In this document: positions 36,856-46,595 of the stretch, piece by piece
Layout: every line of letters begins with the position of its first letter
Numbering within the stretch: the stretch's first letter is position 1
From: Thermoleophilaceae bacterium
GTDB taxonomy: Bacteria > Actinomycetota > Thermoleophilia > Solirubrobacterales > JACPNS01
Direction of reading: 5' to 3'
Length of the DNA: 64,000 nt
NCBI GenBank assembly: GCA_016462645.1
Contig: JAEMSX010000002.1
Span: 57,481 to 121,480 of the forward strand
Translations under genes and position numbers: made by a program
Notes under the pieces: generated by a model
The model's database searches: none
What the model was told of the DNA's origin: nothing
The model's input: only the letters and a program-made list of their open reading frames with translations

Positions 36856-37926
36856 TCAGTGCGGTCTGGCCGGAGCGACCACTTGGAACGCTGCCTTCGA
36901 AGTCCCGCTGCCGTAGGGGAATGCAGCCGTTGTCGCCTTTGCGTAGGCGACGTAGTTGCCGGTCGCCAACGTCCTGGTCCTGGAGCCGACTTTGATGCGG
37001 CCGGAGAAACCGAGGTTGCTCGTGCCTTGCGGCAGCTCGCGAGCGAACGTGTAGGTGGCCGGGTAGCGCGTGCATTTCTTCTTCTTGCGGTTCCTTGAGG
37101 TCTGCTTCTTGCATTTGGTTCCGATCTGGCGACCAGTCGTCTTGAGTCGCATCTCGAACTGAACACGCGCTGCCTTCGAAAGGGTGATGATCACTGTCGT
37201 GCCCTTTGCGGTTGCGGCAGGAGCCAGGACGGCTCCGTTCTTCGCGACTGCGAACTTGCTCAACGAGAATTTGAACGCAGAAATCGTGGGGGCGGTGCAG
37301 GGTCCGTGGTCTGATCGGTCCGTCGGGCAGCCGTCCTGGGTTTCGTCTCCGTAGCCATCGTGATCAGCGTCGGGCTCGAGCGTCGCGGTCAAGTTCAGTC
37401 TGAGCGTCGGTTGGCCGATGTCGAACGTCGCAAGCGCTGAGCCCTCGGGGGCCGTGGCGATGCCCGTCGAAGTGCGAATTGAGTTGGTTCCCGACGAAGC
37501 TCGAGTGCCGCCCACGACCGAAGTCGACCAGTTGCTTCCGATCAGGTCTCCGGCTTCGACAGTGAGCTTCACCGGGAAGGTCTCGAGCTTGTTCGCCGCG
37601 CGTCCGGCAAAGTTCTCCTGCGGGCCGTGGCCGACCATCGTGTACGTCGCACCGGAAGCCGGTCGAACGACCATGAAGCTGATCTGGTCAGCCGCGCTGG
37701 GCACCGAGCTGCCGGTCAGAACGGAGAACGACGTGATCACGCCGTTGCTCGGGACGACGTAGCTCGCGCCTGAGCCGACGACCGTCTGGAATCCGCCGCA
37801 GTTCGCGCAGCCGGCTCCCGCGCTGGAATACGGGGAGGGGTTCTGACCGATCGTTGTAGCGGCCGATGCAGAGCCCGAAAGCGCCAATAGGACGAGTATC
37901 GCCGTCAAAGCAGCAAGTCGTTTCAT
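36856..37926 (-). CDS. Secreted protein of unknown function
   Basis: 356 aa. Signal peptide MKRLAALTAILVLLALSGSASA. Asp-rich DADHDGYGDETQDGCPTD motif. Lys-rich patch KKQTSRNRKKKKC. Confidence 0.7.
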   Translation of the reverse strand: MKRLAALTAILVLLALSGSASAATTIGQNPSPYSSAGAGCANCGGFQTVVGSGASYVVPSNGVITSFSVLTGSSVPSAADQISFMVVRPASGATYTMVGHGPQENFAGRAANKLETFPVKLTVEAGDLIGSNWSTSVVGGTRASSGTNSIRTSTGIATAPEGSALATFDIGQPTLRLNLTATLEPDADHDGYGDETQDGCPTDRSDHGPCTAPTISAFKFSLSKFAVAKNGAVLAPAATAKGTTVIITLSKAARVQFEMRLKTTGRQIGTKCKKQTSRNRKKKKCTRYPATYTFARELPQGTSNLGFSGRIKVGSRTRTLATGNYVAYAKATTAAFPYGSGTSKAAFQVVAPARPH

Positions 37927-37995
37927 GGCGCGAGCGTAATCGCTCGTTCCGAAGCGTGCGACTTGTCGCTCGGCGATCGTTCGTAATCTTCATCA

Positions 37996-39999
37996 ATGGC
38001 CGTTGCGACTGACGACAAGTTTGTACTCACCAGCGAGTACCAGCCCACGGCTGACCAGCCGAAGGCGCGCGATCAGCTGGTCGAAGGCCTGCGGGCAGGC
38101 GATCGCTTCCAGACCCTGCTCGGCGCCACCGGAACCGGCAAGACCTTCACGATGGCCACGGTGATCGAACAGATCCAGCGCCCGACGCTGCTGATCGCCC
38201 ACAACAAGACGCTGGCGGCGCAGCTCTGCAGTGAGCTGCGGGACTTCTTCCCGGACAACGCCGTCGAGTACTTCGTCAGCTACTACGACTACTACCAGCC
38301 AGAGGCGTACGTCCCGAGCAGCGACCTCTTCATCGACAAGGACTCCGCGGTCAACGAGGAGATCGACCGCCTGCGCCACGCCGCGACGGCCGCGCTGTTC
38401 ACGCGCCGCGATGTGATCGTGGTCGCGAGTGTCTCCTGCATCTACGGCCTCGGCTCGCCGGGCGCGTACCAGGACTCCCATCTGATGTTCGCGGTCGGCG
38501 AGGAGACGCCGCGCGAACGCGTGCTTGAGAAGCTCGTGAACATGATGTACCGCCGCAACGACACGGTGCTTGAGCGCGGCACATTCCGCGTGCGCGGAGA
38601 CACCGTCGAGCTGTTCCCGGCGTACGCCGACTCGGCCTACCGGATCGAGCTCTTCGGCGACGAGATCGAGAAGATCGAGCGCTTCGATCCGCTCACGGGC
38701 GAGCACTTCGGCGAGCTGAAGTACGTCTCGCTCTGGCCTGCCACCCACTACGCGACCAGCCGCGACACGATCGAGCGCGCGCTCGAGACGATCGGCGCTG
38801 AGCTGACCGAGCGCCTGGCGGAGCTTGAAGGGCAGGGCAAGCTGCTCGAGGCGCAGCGCCTGAAGCAGCGCACGCGCTACGACCTTGAGATGATGCGCGA
38901 GCTCGGATTCACCAACGGGATCGAGAACTACTCACGCCACCTCGACGGGCGCAAGCCGGGCGAGCGGCCGTACTGCCTGCTCGACTACTTCCCCGAGGAC
39001 TTCATCACGATCATCGATGAGTCGCACCAGACTGTCCCCCAGATCGGCGCGATGTACAAGGGCGACCGCGCGCGCAAGGAGACGCTTGTCGAATACGGCT
39101 TCCGCCTTCCGAGCGCGCTCGACAACCGGCCGCAGACATGGGACGAGTTCCTCGGCGACGTCAATCAGGTCGTCTTCGTCTCGGCGACTCCGGGCGAATG
39201 GGAGCGCAACTACTCGTCGCGAATCGCTGAGCAGATCGTGCGCCCGACTGGCGTTGTCGACCCCGAGATCGAGATCCGCCCGACGCGCAATCAGGTCGAC
39301 GACCTGATGAACGAGATCAAGAAGCGCGTCGAGCTCGATCAGCGCACGCTGGTCACGACGCTGACCAAGAAGCAGGCCGAGGATCTGACCGAGTACCTGG
39401 TCGAGTACGGACTCAAGGTGCGCTATCTGCACAGCGACGTCGACACGCTTGAGCGCATCGAGATCATCCGTGACCTGCGGCTCGGTGTCTTCGACGTGCT
39501 GGTGGGCGTGAACCTTCTGCGTGAAGGACTGGACATGCCCGAAGTCGCGCTTGTGGGGATCCTCGACGCCGACAAGGAGGGCTTCCTCCGCGGCGAGACA
39601 GCGCTGCTGCAGACGACGGGCCGCGCTGCCCGAAACATCAACGGCAAGGTGATCATGTACGCCGATCGCGAGACCAGGGCGATGGCCAGCACGATCGAGG
39701 AAACCGACCGCCGCCGCGAGATCCAGGTCGCCTACAACGAGGAACACAACATCACGCCGACGACGATCGCCAAGCGCGTCGGCTCACTGGCGGCGATGAC
39801 GCCGCAGGGCGCGAAGGTTCCGGCAAGGAAGGCGGCCAAGGACGCTCTGGACGCCGAGATCGCCAAGCTCAGCCCGGACGAACTGCACGACAAGATCGCT
39901 TCACTCGAAGAGGAGATGCTCTACGAGGCCGAAGAGCTCCACTTCGAGCGCGCGGCAGAACTGCGCGACGAGATCAAGGCGCTCGAAGCGCGGCTCTGA
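37996..39999 (+). CDS. uvrB: Excinuclease ABC subunit B
   Basis: 667 aa. [14 protein letters not shown], helicase C motifs, C-terminal UVR domain ([11 protein letters not shown]). Confidence 0.97.
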   Translation: MAVATDDKFVLTSEYQPTADQPKARDQLVEGLRAGDRFQTLLGATGTGKTFTMATVIEQIQRPTLLIAHNKTLAAQLCSELRDFFPDNAVEYFVSYYDYYQPEAYVPSSDLFIDKDSAVNEEIDRLRHAATAALFTRRDVIVVASVSCIYGLGSPGAYQDSHLMFAVGEETPRERVLEKLVNMMYRRNDTVLERGTFRVRGDTVELFPAYADSAYRIELFGDEIEKIERFDPLTGEHFGELKYVSLWPATHYATSRDTIERALETIGAELTERLAELEGQGKLLEAQRLKQRTRYDLEMMRELGFTNGIENYSRHLDGRKPGERPYCLLDYFPEDFITIIDESHQTVPQIGAMYKGDRARKETLVEYGFRLPSALDNRPQTWDEFLGDVNQVVFVSATPGEWERNYSSRIAEQIVRPTGVVDPEIEIRPTRNQVDDLMNEIKKRVELDQRTLVTTLTKKQAEDLTEYLVEYGLKVRYLHSDVDTLERIEIIRDLRLGVFDVLVGVNLLREGLDMPEVALVGILDADKEGFLRGETALLQTTGRAARNINGKVIMYADRETRAMASTIEETDRRREIQVAYNEEHNITPTTIAKRVGSLAAMTPQGAKVPARKAAKDALDAEIAKLSPDELHDKIASLEEEMLYEAEELHFERAAELRDEIKALEARL

Positions 40000-40020
40000 T
40001 CGCCCGGCCAGAAGCGCTTC

Positions 40021-40059
40021 AACAAAAAAGGCCCCGCCGAGCGCGGGGCCTTTTTCTTT
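40021..40059 (+). terminator. Rho-independent (bidirectional-type) terminator after uvrB
   Basis: AACAAAAAA-GGCCCCGC-cgagc-GCGGGGCC-TTTTTCTTT. Perfect 8-bp GC stem. Confidence 0.85.
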
Positions 40060-40150
40060 GGCTTTTGAGACACAGGATCGGTTTCAAGTTTTGTCTCTCG
40101 AGCTGCGTCACCTTGCGGTGACTGGGAGGGTGCAGCTCAAGTCACTCCCC

Positions 40151-40405
40151 ATGAGTTCCGATATCGTGTTCGATATGAGAACTATATCGCTAGCGGTATC
40201 GGAAAAAAACTATGAGTTATTCCGCGAGCTTGCGCAGGCCGAAGATCGGTCGATCGCGAGTCTGATCCGCGATGCGATGGCCGATTACATCGCCAGAACT
40301 GGCACTCAGCCGGCTCCGGCGGAGCCGGGAACCACGGTCGTGCAGCAGCTGCTGCCGGGGCCGGGGCGATATCGGATCTATGCCGAGGTCAGCGAAGCGG
40401 AATAG
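40151..40405 (+). CDS. Ribbon-helix-helix (CopG/Arc-like) small DNA-binding protein; start uncertain
   Basis: MRTISLAVSEKNYELFRELAQAEDRSIASLIRDAMADYI matches an RHH beta-alpha-alpha pattern. Possible starts are 40130 (GTG), 40151 and 40175 (ATG). The region has locally low GC. The track start at 40058 lies inside the uvrB terminator. Confidence 0.55.
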   Translation: MSSDIVFDMRTISLAVSEKNYELFRELAQAEDRSIASLIRDAMADYIARTGTQPAPAEPGTTVVQQLLPGPGRYRIYAEVSEAE

Positions 40406-40436
40406 CCGGCTTCCTCATCAAAACCTTGAGGAACCG
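40406..40436. repeat. GGCTTCCTC-type hairpin repeat, single copy
   Basis: CCGGCTTCCTCA-tcaaaacct-TGAGGAACCG. Begins 1 nt after the TAG at 40403-40405, between convergent genes. Confidence 0.65.
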
Positions 40437-40453
40437 AGCATGACGGGGCGGCG

Positions 40454-41005
40454 CTAGACCTCGCCGAGCATCAGCACTGCGGCGCGCTGCATGCCGAGGC
40501 GCTCGTAGAAGGCGCGGGCGTCTTCGTTGCCCGGGACGGTCGAGAGCTCGAAGTGGCTGTAGCCACGCGCCTTGAACTCCGCGCGCGCCGCGTCCATCAG
40601 TGCACGTCCGACGCCGAGCTTTCGCGCGCTCTCAATCACTCCGATCTCCTCGACGTATCCGATCGCTGGCCCGGTCTCGTATGCGGCCAGACCTTCGCGC
40701 TCGACGCAGAAGACGAATCCGAGCACCGCACCGTCCGCGCGTTCGGCGACCAGACAGAAGCCGTTCCCGTCAGCCATCCAGCCGGCGAACTTCGAGGAGT
40801 AGAGCTCCCAGTAGGGCTCGTCGGCGCGCGCGGGCGCATCGGCCAGGGCGGGCTGCACTGCGATCTCGTGCCGATGCAGTGCCAGAGCCGGCTCGCGCAG
40901 TTTCTCCACGGCGCTTGCATCAATTTCAACTACCGCGAAATCCACGGCTGGGACCGTAGCGACCGCATCGGTCCGCTGAGCATTGTGTTTGTATGTCCGA
41001 CTCAT
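40454..41005 (-). CDS. GNAT-family N-acetyltransferase; start uncertain
   Basis: Acetyl-CoA motif IESARKLGVGRALMDAA. 183 aa if started at ATG (CAT 41003-41005). GTG at 40945 is an alternative. The long Arg-rich N-terminal extension of the track ORF (to 41332) is rejected. Confidence 0.8.
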   Translation of the reverse strand: MSRTYKHNAQRTDAVATVPAVDFAVVEIDASAVEKLREPALALHRHEIAVQPALADAPARADEPYWELYSSKFAGWMADGNGFCLVAERADGAVLGFVFCVEREGLAAYETGPAIGYVEEIGVIESARKLGVGRALMDAARAEFKARGYSHFELSTVPGNEDARAFYERLGMQRAAVLMLGEV

Positions 41006-42857
41006 GCCGGCCCTCCTCCGACCCTCCGCACGGATCGCGCTCGTCGTTTTGTCCCTGTCCGTTTTCGCCCTGATGAACGCCGGCGGCGCATCCGCGGTCG
41101 ACCAGGCCTCCGGCCCGGATTCCGCTCCCCTGCGCGAGCTGCCGGACCTGGTGCTCGACCCGTGGCTGAGCACGCAGACGAAGAACGGCAACTTCAACCG
41201 CCCCTCGGGAACGCCGGCGGTCGACGGATACGCCAATGCCGGCATCGCGTACGGGATGCTCCAGGAGGCCGCTCGCACCGGTGACATGAAGTACCTCAAG
41301 GCGGGCATGAAGACCTTCAACTGGATCAACAAGACGCGCCAGCCGATGAACGGCGTTTTCTACCAGATGTTCTCGGCCTCGGCCTACAACTTCGCGCGCG
41401 CCAACTTCGCCGATCGCCCTGAGTTCAAACGCGTTCGGGTCGCCTGGGCGAACAAGCTCCGGCGCTTTCCGTACCAGCGTGGCGTGCTCGGCAGCCGGTA
41501 CCACTACAACAAGAACCTGGTCGAGGCGCTTGAGGTGATCGAGCTCTACAACACAGGGCTGCGCGGCAACGCGACCAACGCGATCCTGCGCGATCGCAAG
41601 CTCGCGCTGCGCCGGGCACTGCGCATCATTGACGTACTGATCCCGGCGCGCGTCGCCAGCTACACCAAGACGGTCGGCGCAGGGGAGGGGTGGCCTTTCA
41701 CAACGCAGGTGGCCGACATGAGCGACCCGCCGGACAACCCGCCCGCCTACAACGCCTTTGTCGCCGGCTACTACGCCCGCGCCTACCACCAGCTCGCGCC
41801 CGGCTTCCGCACGGAGAAGATGCGCCAGACGGCCGAGACGATGATCCGCGGAGTGATCGCGCGAACGGCGCCCGACGGCGACGTTGCGTTCGCCGGTCGC
41901 TCTCAGGAGCAGGCGTGGGCGCTCTCACTCGCTTCCTACGCGGCGTGGTCGGCGTCGTCTTTTGCGACCGGCACCGAGCGGGAGATCTTCCTGGCGTTCG
42001 TACGCCGCGTGGTCACGCGCCTTGAGACCGTGCACGTCACCAGCGCGTCGTCGTTCGGCTTCGTCCTGACGCCGGCGGCCGGGTGCTGCGACAAGCAGGA
42101 CATGCCCCCGGGACAGGACCACTACTACGACGTCGCCAAGTACTCGGGCCTGACTGCGATGGCGATGGGCTGGGCGCTTCAGGAGCGCCCCGAGGACTGG
42201 CAGAGCGGCGACGCGACGCTCCCGACCGACGCTCCTTCGAATTTCGTCTACGGCGCGGGGCGCGGACGGTTCCTGCAGCATCGCGGGAACAACAACTACT
42301 GGTTCCTGCGCATGCAGACCGACTACTACGACGCGCGCTCGGACATGGCCGTCTCGGTCATGAAGGTGCGCAACGCCAACGGCACCTGGACCGATGTCGT
42401 GCCGCCGCGCCCGTACACCGGTGGGCACTTCAAGCCGGCAGACCCAGCGGCGCCATGCCTGGTGTTCCGCAAGGGCTGCGCGTATCTCGAGCTGCATGGC
42501 GGCACGCTGAACGCGACGGGCGGATTCGACTTCAGCACAATCTGGCGAACCGCGAGGGGTACGCTGGTGCGCCGCGGTACCGCGACAGTGACGCCTCGGG
42601 AGAACGGACTCAGCCTGCGCTGGTCGGGGATCCCCGGGGACGTGTTCGAGTTCGACAACTTCCTCGTCTCGGCGAGGTGCTCGAGCACCGGGGTCACCGG
42701 CCCTGGCCTGGTTGTGACGGTTTCCGGCCAGTCGAAGTGCGTCGTCGAGAAGGGCTTCTTCGCCGGTGGTTCACGCGTTGACCTGCGTCGCACGCACTCG
42801 ACCACGACCCCGCAGGGCGGTGCTGTCGAAGTGACTTACACGGCTACCGCAAATTAG
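41004..42857 (+). CDS. Secreted 617-aa protein of unknown function (alpha-rich N-half, beta-rich C-half)
   Basis: Signal peptide MPALLRPSARIALVVLSLSVFALMNAGGASA. No motif I can assign with confidence. Confidence 0.7.
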   Translation: MPALLRPSARIALVVLSLSVFALMNAGGASAVDQASGPDSAPLRELPDLVLDPWLSTQTKNGNFNRPSGTPAVDGYANAGIAYGMLQEAARTGDMKYLKAGMKTFNWINKTRQPMNGVFYQMFSASAYNFARANFADRPEFKRVRVAWANKLRRFPYQRGVLGSRYHYNKNLVEALEVIELYNTGLRGNATNAILRDRKLALRRALRIIDVLIPARVASYTKTVGAGEGWPFTTQVADMSDPPDNPPAYNAFVAGYYARAYHQLAPGFRTEKMRQTAETMIRGVIARTAPDGDVAFAGRSQEQAWALSLASYAAWSASSFATGTEREIFLAFVRRVVTRLETVHVTSASSFGFVLTPAAGCCDKQDMPPGQDHYYDVAKYSGLTAMAMGWALQERPEDWQSGDATLPTDAPSNFVYGAGRGRFLQHRGNNNYWFLRMQTDYYDARSDMAVSVMKVRNANGTWTDVVPPRPYTGGHFKPADPAAPCLVFRKGCAYLELHGGTLNATGGFDFSTIWRTARGTLVRRGTATVTPRENGLSLRWSGIPGDVFEFDNFLVSARCSSTGVTGPGLVVTVSGQSKCVVEKGFFAGGSRVDLRRTHSTTTPQGGAVEVTYTATAN

Positions 42858-42871
42858 CGAACATACGTTCG
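42858..42871. promoter_or_regulatory. LexA SOS box (Cheo-type) upstream of uvrA
   Basis: CGAACATACGTTCG is a perfect GAAC-N4-GTTC palindrome. Lies 38-51 nt upstream of the uvrA start. Confidence 0.7.
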
Positions 42872-42908
42872 GTCCGGACGCGCTGCTAAACATCACTCCT
42901 AGGATCGA

Positions 42909-45836
42909 GTGATGGCGCAAGGCAACGGACAACCAAGGAAGGCAGGCACTGCCTTCAGCGACCGAATGGTGATTTCGGGCGCGCGCGAACACAACCTCAA
43001 GGACATTTCCATTGAGTTGCCGCGCGACGCCCTGATCGTGATCACCGGTCTGTCCGGCAGCGGCAAGTCCTCGCTCGCCTTCGACACGATCTACGCCGAG
43101 GGGCAGCGCCGCTACGTCGAGTCGCTCAGCGCTTACGCGCGTCAGTTCCTCGGCCTGATGGAGAAGCCCGACGTCGACTCGATCGAAGGGCTCTCACCGG
43201 CGATCTCGATCGACCAGAAGACCAGTTCGCGCAATCCGCGGTCCACGGTCGGCACCGTCACCGAGATCTACGACTACCTCCGCCTGCTCTGGGCCCGCGT
43301 CGGCCATCCCTATTGCTACAACTGCGGCGAGAAGATCGAGGCGCAGTCGGCCGAGCAGATCATCGACCGCGTGCTGGACCTCGAGGACGGCACGAAGTTC
43401 CTGGTGCTGGCGCCGATCGTGCGCGGGCGCAAGGGCGAGTACGCGAAGGTCTTTGATCAGCTGCGCGCCGACGGTTTCGTGCGCGTCAAGGTCGACGGCG
43501 AGATCCGTCGGCTGGACGAGGACGAGCCGATCGTGCTCGACAAGAAGTTCAAGCACGACATCTCTGTCGTCGTTGACCGCTTGACGATGCGCCCCGATCT
43601 GCGCAAGCGGTTGGCGGATTCGATCGAGACTTCAGTCAGTCTGGCGGACGGTCTCGTTGAGATCGAGACCGTCGAGAACGACTACCGCACATATTTGTAC
43701 AGCGAGAAGTTCCTCTGCATGAACTGCGGCTCCTCGATGCCCGAGCTCGAGCCGCGCAGCTTCTCCTTCAACTCGCCGCACGGCGCCTGCCCGGAGTGCC
43801 ACGGATTGGGCATGGTGCGCACGGTCGATCCGGACCTCGTGGTCCAAGATGAGAACAAGCCGATCGCCGACGGCGCAATCAGCGGCTGGCTCGTTCCGTT
43901 CTCGCTGCACTTCGACCGCCTCGCCCAGGCGGTCGGCGAGCACGCCGGGTTTGACGCGTCGCTGCCCTGGAATGAATTGTCAGACGAAGCGCGCGAAATC
44001 TTCATGAACGGCCTCGGCAAAGAGCGCATCCCGGTCACTTACACGACCAGGCGCAACAACCAGCGCACCTACATGGCCAAGTACGAGGGCATCGTCCCGT
44101 CGATCGAGCGCCGCTACGCCGAGACCGACTCCGACAACGCCCGCGAATTCCTGGAACAGGTGATGGCGCTCAAGCCGTGCGCCGCCTGCGATGGCGCGCG
44201 CCTGCGCGCCGAGAGCCGCTCCGTGCGCGTCGACGGCCTCGGTCTGCATGAATACACGCATCTCTCTGCCGCCGCGGCGCTCGAATGGATCAGCAATGTC
44301 AAGCTGAGCAACACCGAGCGTCAGGTCGCCAGGCTGATCCTGAAGGAGATCGAGGAGCGCTTGAACTTCCTCGTTAACGTCGGCGTGGGTTACCTGTCGA
44401 TGGACCGCACCGCCTCCACGCTTTCCGGCGGCGAGGCGCAGCGCATCAGGCTTGCCACGCAGATCGGGTCGAGTCTGGTCGGCGTGCTCTACATCCTTGA
44501 CGAGCCGTCGATCGGTCTGCACCAGCGCGACAACGAGCGGCTGATCGCGACGCTTGAGCGTCTGCGCAACCTCGGCAACACCGTGATCGTCGTCGAGCAC
44601 GATGAGGGCACGATGCTGGCCGCGGATCAGATCGTCGACATCGGCCCGGGCGCCGGCATTCACGGCGGCGAGATCATCGCCCAGGGCACGGCCGCCGAGA
44701 TCAGCAAGGTCAAGGAGTCGCTCACGGGCCAGTACCTCTCGGGTGCGCGCAAGATCGAGATGCCGTTCGCGCGTCGCAAGCCGCAGGGTTGGATCGAGAT
44801 CAAGGGCGCAAACCAGCACAACCTCAAGGGCGTCGACGCGAAGTTCCCGATCGGCGTGTTCTGCTGCGTCACAGGAGTCTCCGGCAGCGGCAAGTCAACG
44901 CTGGTCAACGACATCCTCAACAAAGCGGCCACAGCCGCGATGAAGCACGGCGGCAAGTCGCGTGGACGACCCGGCTCGCACAAATCGATCCTGGGGCTCG
45001 AGCAGGTCGACAAGGTGATCGACATCAACCAGTCGCCGATCGGTCGCACGCCGCGCTCGAACCCCGCCACCTACACGGGCCTGTTCGACCAGGTCCGCGA
45101 TCTCTTCAGTCGCACCCAGGAGGCGCGCGCCCGCGGCTACAAGCCGGGCCGTTTCAGTTTCAACGTCAAAGGCGGCCGCTGCGAGGTCTGCTCGGGCGAG
45201 GGCCAGATCAAGATCGAGATGCACTTCCTGCCCGATGTGTACGTGCCCTGTGAGCAGTGCCACGGCAAGCGCTACAACCGCGAGACTCTCGAGGTCAAGT
45301 ACAAGGGCAAGAGCATCGCCGACGTTCTCGACATGACGATCGAAGAGGCCGCCGAGTTCTTCGAGCCGGTGCCGAAGATCGCGCGTCGGCTCAAGACTCT
45401 GAATGACGTCGGCCTCGGTTACGTCACGCTCGGTCAACCGGCCACCACGCTTTCGGGTGGCGAGGCGCAGCGCGTCAAGCTCGCCAACGAGCTCGCGCGC
45501 GTCGCCACCGGGAACACGCTCTACATCCTCGATGAGCCGACAACCGGCCTCCACTTCGCCGACATCGAGCGCCTGCTCCAGGTGCTCCAGCGGCTTGTGG
45601 ACGCCGGCAATTCAGTCGTTGTGATCGAGCACAACCTCGACGTGATCAAGACCGCCGACTGGCTGATCGACCTCGGGCCGGAAGGCGGCGAGGGCGGGGG
45701 AGAGATCCTCGTGGCCGGCACGCCGGAAGTGGTGGCAGGCGAAGCGCGGTCATACACGGGCCAGTTCCTGGTCGATCTCGTCAAGGCCAAGAAACCCGCG
45801 CCGAAGAAGACACCGCGGGCGAAGGCCGCTGCCTAG
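42909..45836 (+). CDS. uvrA: Excinuclease ABC subunit A
   Basis: 975 aa. [14 protein letters not shown], zinc-finger Cys pairs (CMNCGS..CPEC; CEVC..CEQC). Second ABC module [18 protein letters not shown] x2. Confidence 0.97.
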   Translation: MMAQGNGQPRKAGTAFSDRMVISGAREHNLKDISIELPRDALIVITGLSGSGKSSLAFDTIYAEGQRRYVESLSAYARQFLGLMEKPDVDSIEGLSPAISIDQKTSSRNPRSTVGTVTEIYDYLRLLWARVGHPYCYNCGEKIEAQSAEQIIDRVLDLEDGTKFLVLAPIVRGRKGEYAKVFDQLRADGFVRVKVDGEIRRLDEDEPIVLDKKFKHDISVVVDRLTMRPDLRKRLADSIETSVSLADGLVEIETVENDYRTYLYSEKFLCMNCGSSMPELEPRSFSFNSPHGACPECHGLGMVRTVDPDLVVQDENKPIADGAISGWLVPFSLHFDRLAQAVGEHAGFDASLPWNELSDEAREIFMNGLGKERIPVTYTTRRNNQRTYMAKYEGIVPSIERRYAETDSDNAREFLEQVMALKPCAACDGARLRAESRSVRVDGLGLHEYTHLSAAAALEWISNVKLSNTERQVARLILKEIEERLNFLVNVGVGYLSMDRTASTLSGGEAQRIRLATQIGSSLVGVLYILDEPSIGLHQRDNERLIATLERLRNLGNTVIVVEHDEGTMLAADQIVDIGPGAGIHGGEIIAQGTAAEISKVKESLTGQYLSGARKIEMPFARRKPQGWIEIKGANQHNLKGVDAKFPIGVFCCVTGVSGSGKSTLVNDILNKAATAAMKHGGKSRGRPGSHKSILGLEQVDKVIDINQSPIGRTPRSNPATYTGLFDQVRDLFSRTQEARARGYKPGRFSFNVKGGRCEVCSGEGQIKIEMHFLPDVYVPCEQCHGKRYNRETLEVKYKGKSIADVLDMTIEEAAEFFEPVPKIARRLKTLNDVGLGYVTLGQPATTLSGGEAQRVKLANELARVATGNTLYILDEPTTGLHFADIERLLQVLQRLVDAGNSVVVIEHNLDVIKTADWLIDLGPEGGEGGGEILVAGTPEVVAGEARSYTGQFLVDLVKAKKPAPKKTPRAKAAA

Positions 45837-45890
45837 AGCGGGTCCCTCGTCGTCCGTGCAGGCGCCAGCGGGGATCTGTATTTTGGTTGA

Positions 45891-46571
45891 ATGACTGGGC
45901 GGCTTCAGAACCCCGCGATGATCGTTGCCATCCTTGCCCTCGTGCTTGCGCTCGGCGGATCGGCCATTGCTGCCGGCCTGAAGAAGAACAGCGTCACCAA
46001 TCGCTCGATCAAGAAGAATGCGGTGACGGGCATCAAGGTCAAGAACAGTTCGCTGACGGGCGCCGATGTCAAGAACTCGTCACTGACGGGCGCGGACATC
46101 GACGAGTCGACGCTCAAGCAGGTTCCGTCGGCCGGAAATGCCGATGCCGTCGGGGGTATCCCGGCCGCGAAGCTCACGACCGACGACACGCTGATCAAAT
46201 TCAACGTCGTGATGAACCGTGGTCCCGGCGTGCGCACTCTCGCGACGGCCGGGCCGTTCACGCTGACCGGATCCTGTTTCGAGAACGGCGCGACCAACTT
46301 CGATGTTCGCGCCGAGGCAGCGACCTCGGTCAACGACACATACGGGACCGTCGGCACGAGTCCGCTTGACACGGACTTCGATGTCGGGGAGACCAAGTAC
46401 ATCAACAACGCTTTTGCAGTCGCGCCGAACGCGCGAAGTCGCCTGGCGGGCGGGGTGGATCTGCTTGACCCGACGAGTGGCCTCGCCGTGCAGGGCACGG
46501 TCTACGAGTTCTACGGCTTCCCGGGTGCGAACTGTCGTTACGTCGGCGTGCTCACCGTCGAGCGTCCGTAG
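45891..46571 (+). CDS. Secreted/anchored protein of unknown function, paralog B (KKN-x-x-TG repeat family)
   Basis: 226 aa. TM PAMIVAILALVLALGGSAIA. LKKNSVTNRSIKKNAVTGIKVKNSSLTGADVKNSSLTGADIDESTLKQVPSA. Paralog of 18657..19280. Confidence 0.75.
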   Translation: MTGRLQNPAMIVAILALVLALGGSAIAAGLKKNSVTNRSIKKNAVTGIKVKNSSLTGADVKNSSLTGADIDESTLKQVPSAGNADAVGGIPAAKLTTDDTLIKFNVVMNRGPGVRTLATAGPFTLTGSCFENGATNFDVRAEAATSVNDTYGTVGTSPLDTDFDVGETKYINNAFAVAPNARSRLAGGVDLLDPTSGLAVQGTVYEFYGFPGANCRYVGVLTVERP

Positions 46572-46595
46572 GGGACGCCGCCGCTCGTCGGTAGT

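Noticed and set aside
37927-37995. SOS box upstream of uvrB
   Set aside because: Only partial strings are present (cgttccgaagcg, gatcgttcgtaatc). There is no GAAC-N4-GTTC palindrome, so none is called.
40151-41005. RHH + GNAT as a TacAT/AtaRT/KacAT-type toxin-antitoxin pair
   Set aside because: Known GNAT-RHH TA modules are co-directional, overlapping operons with the antitoxin first. Here the two genes are convergent and separated by a hairpin repeat. The GNAT also has an ordinary housekeeping-like sequence with high-GC codon usage, unlike the low-GC RHH pocket. The RHH gene is kept only as an orphan observation.
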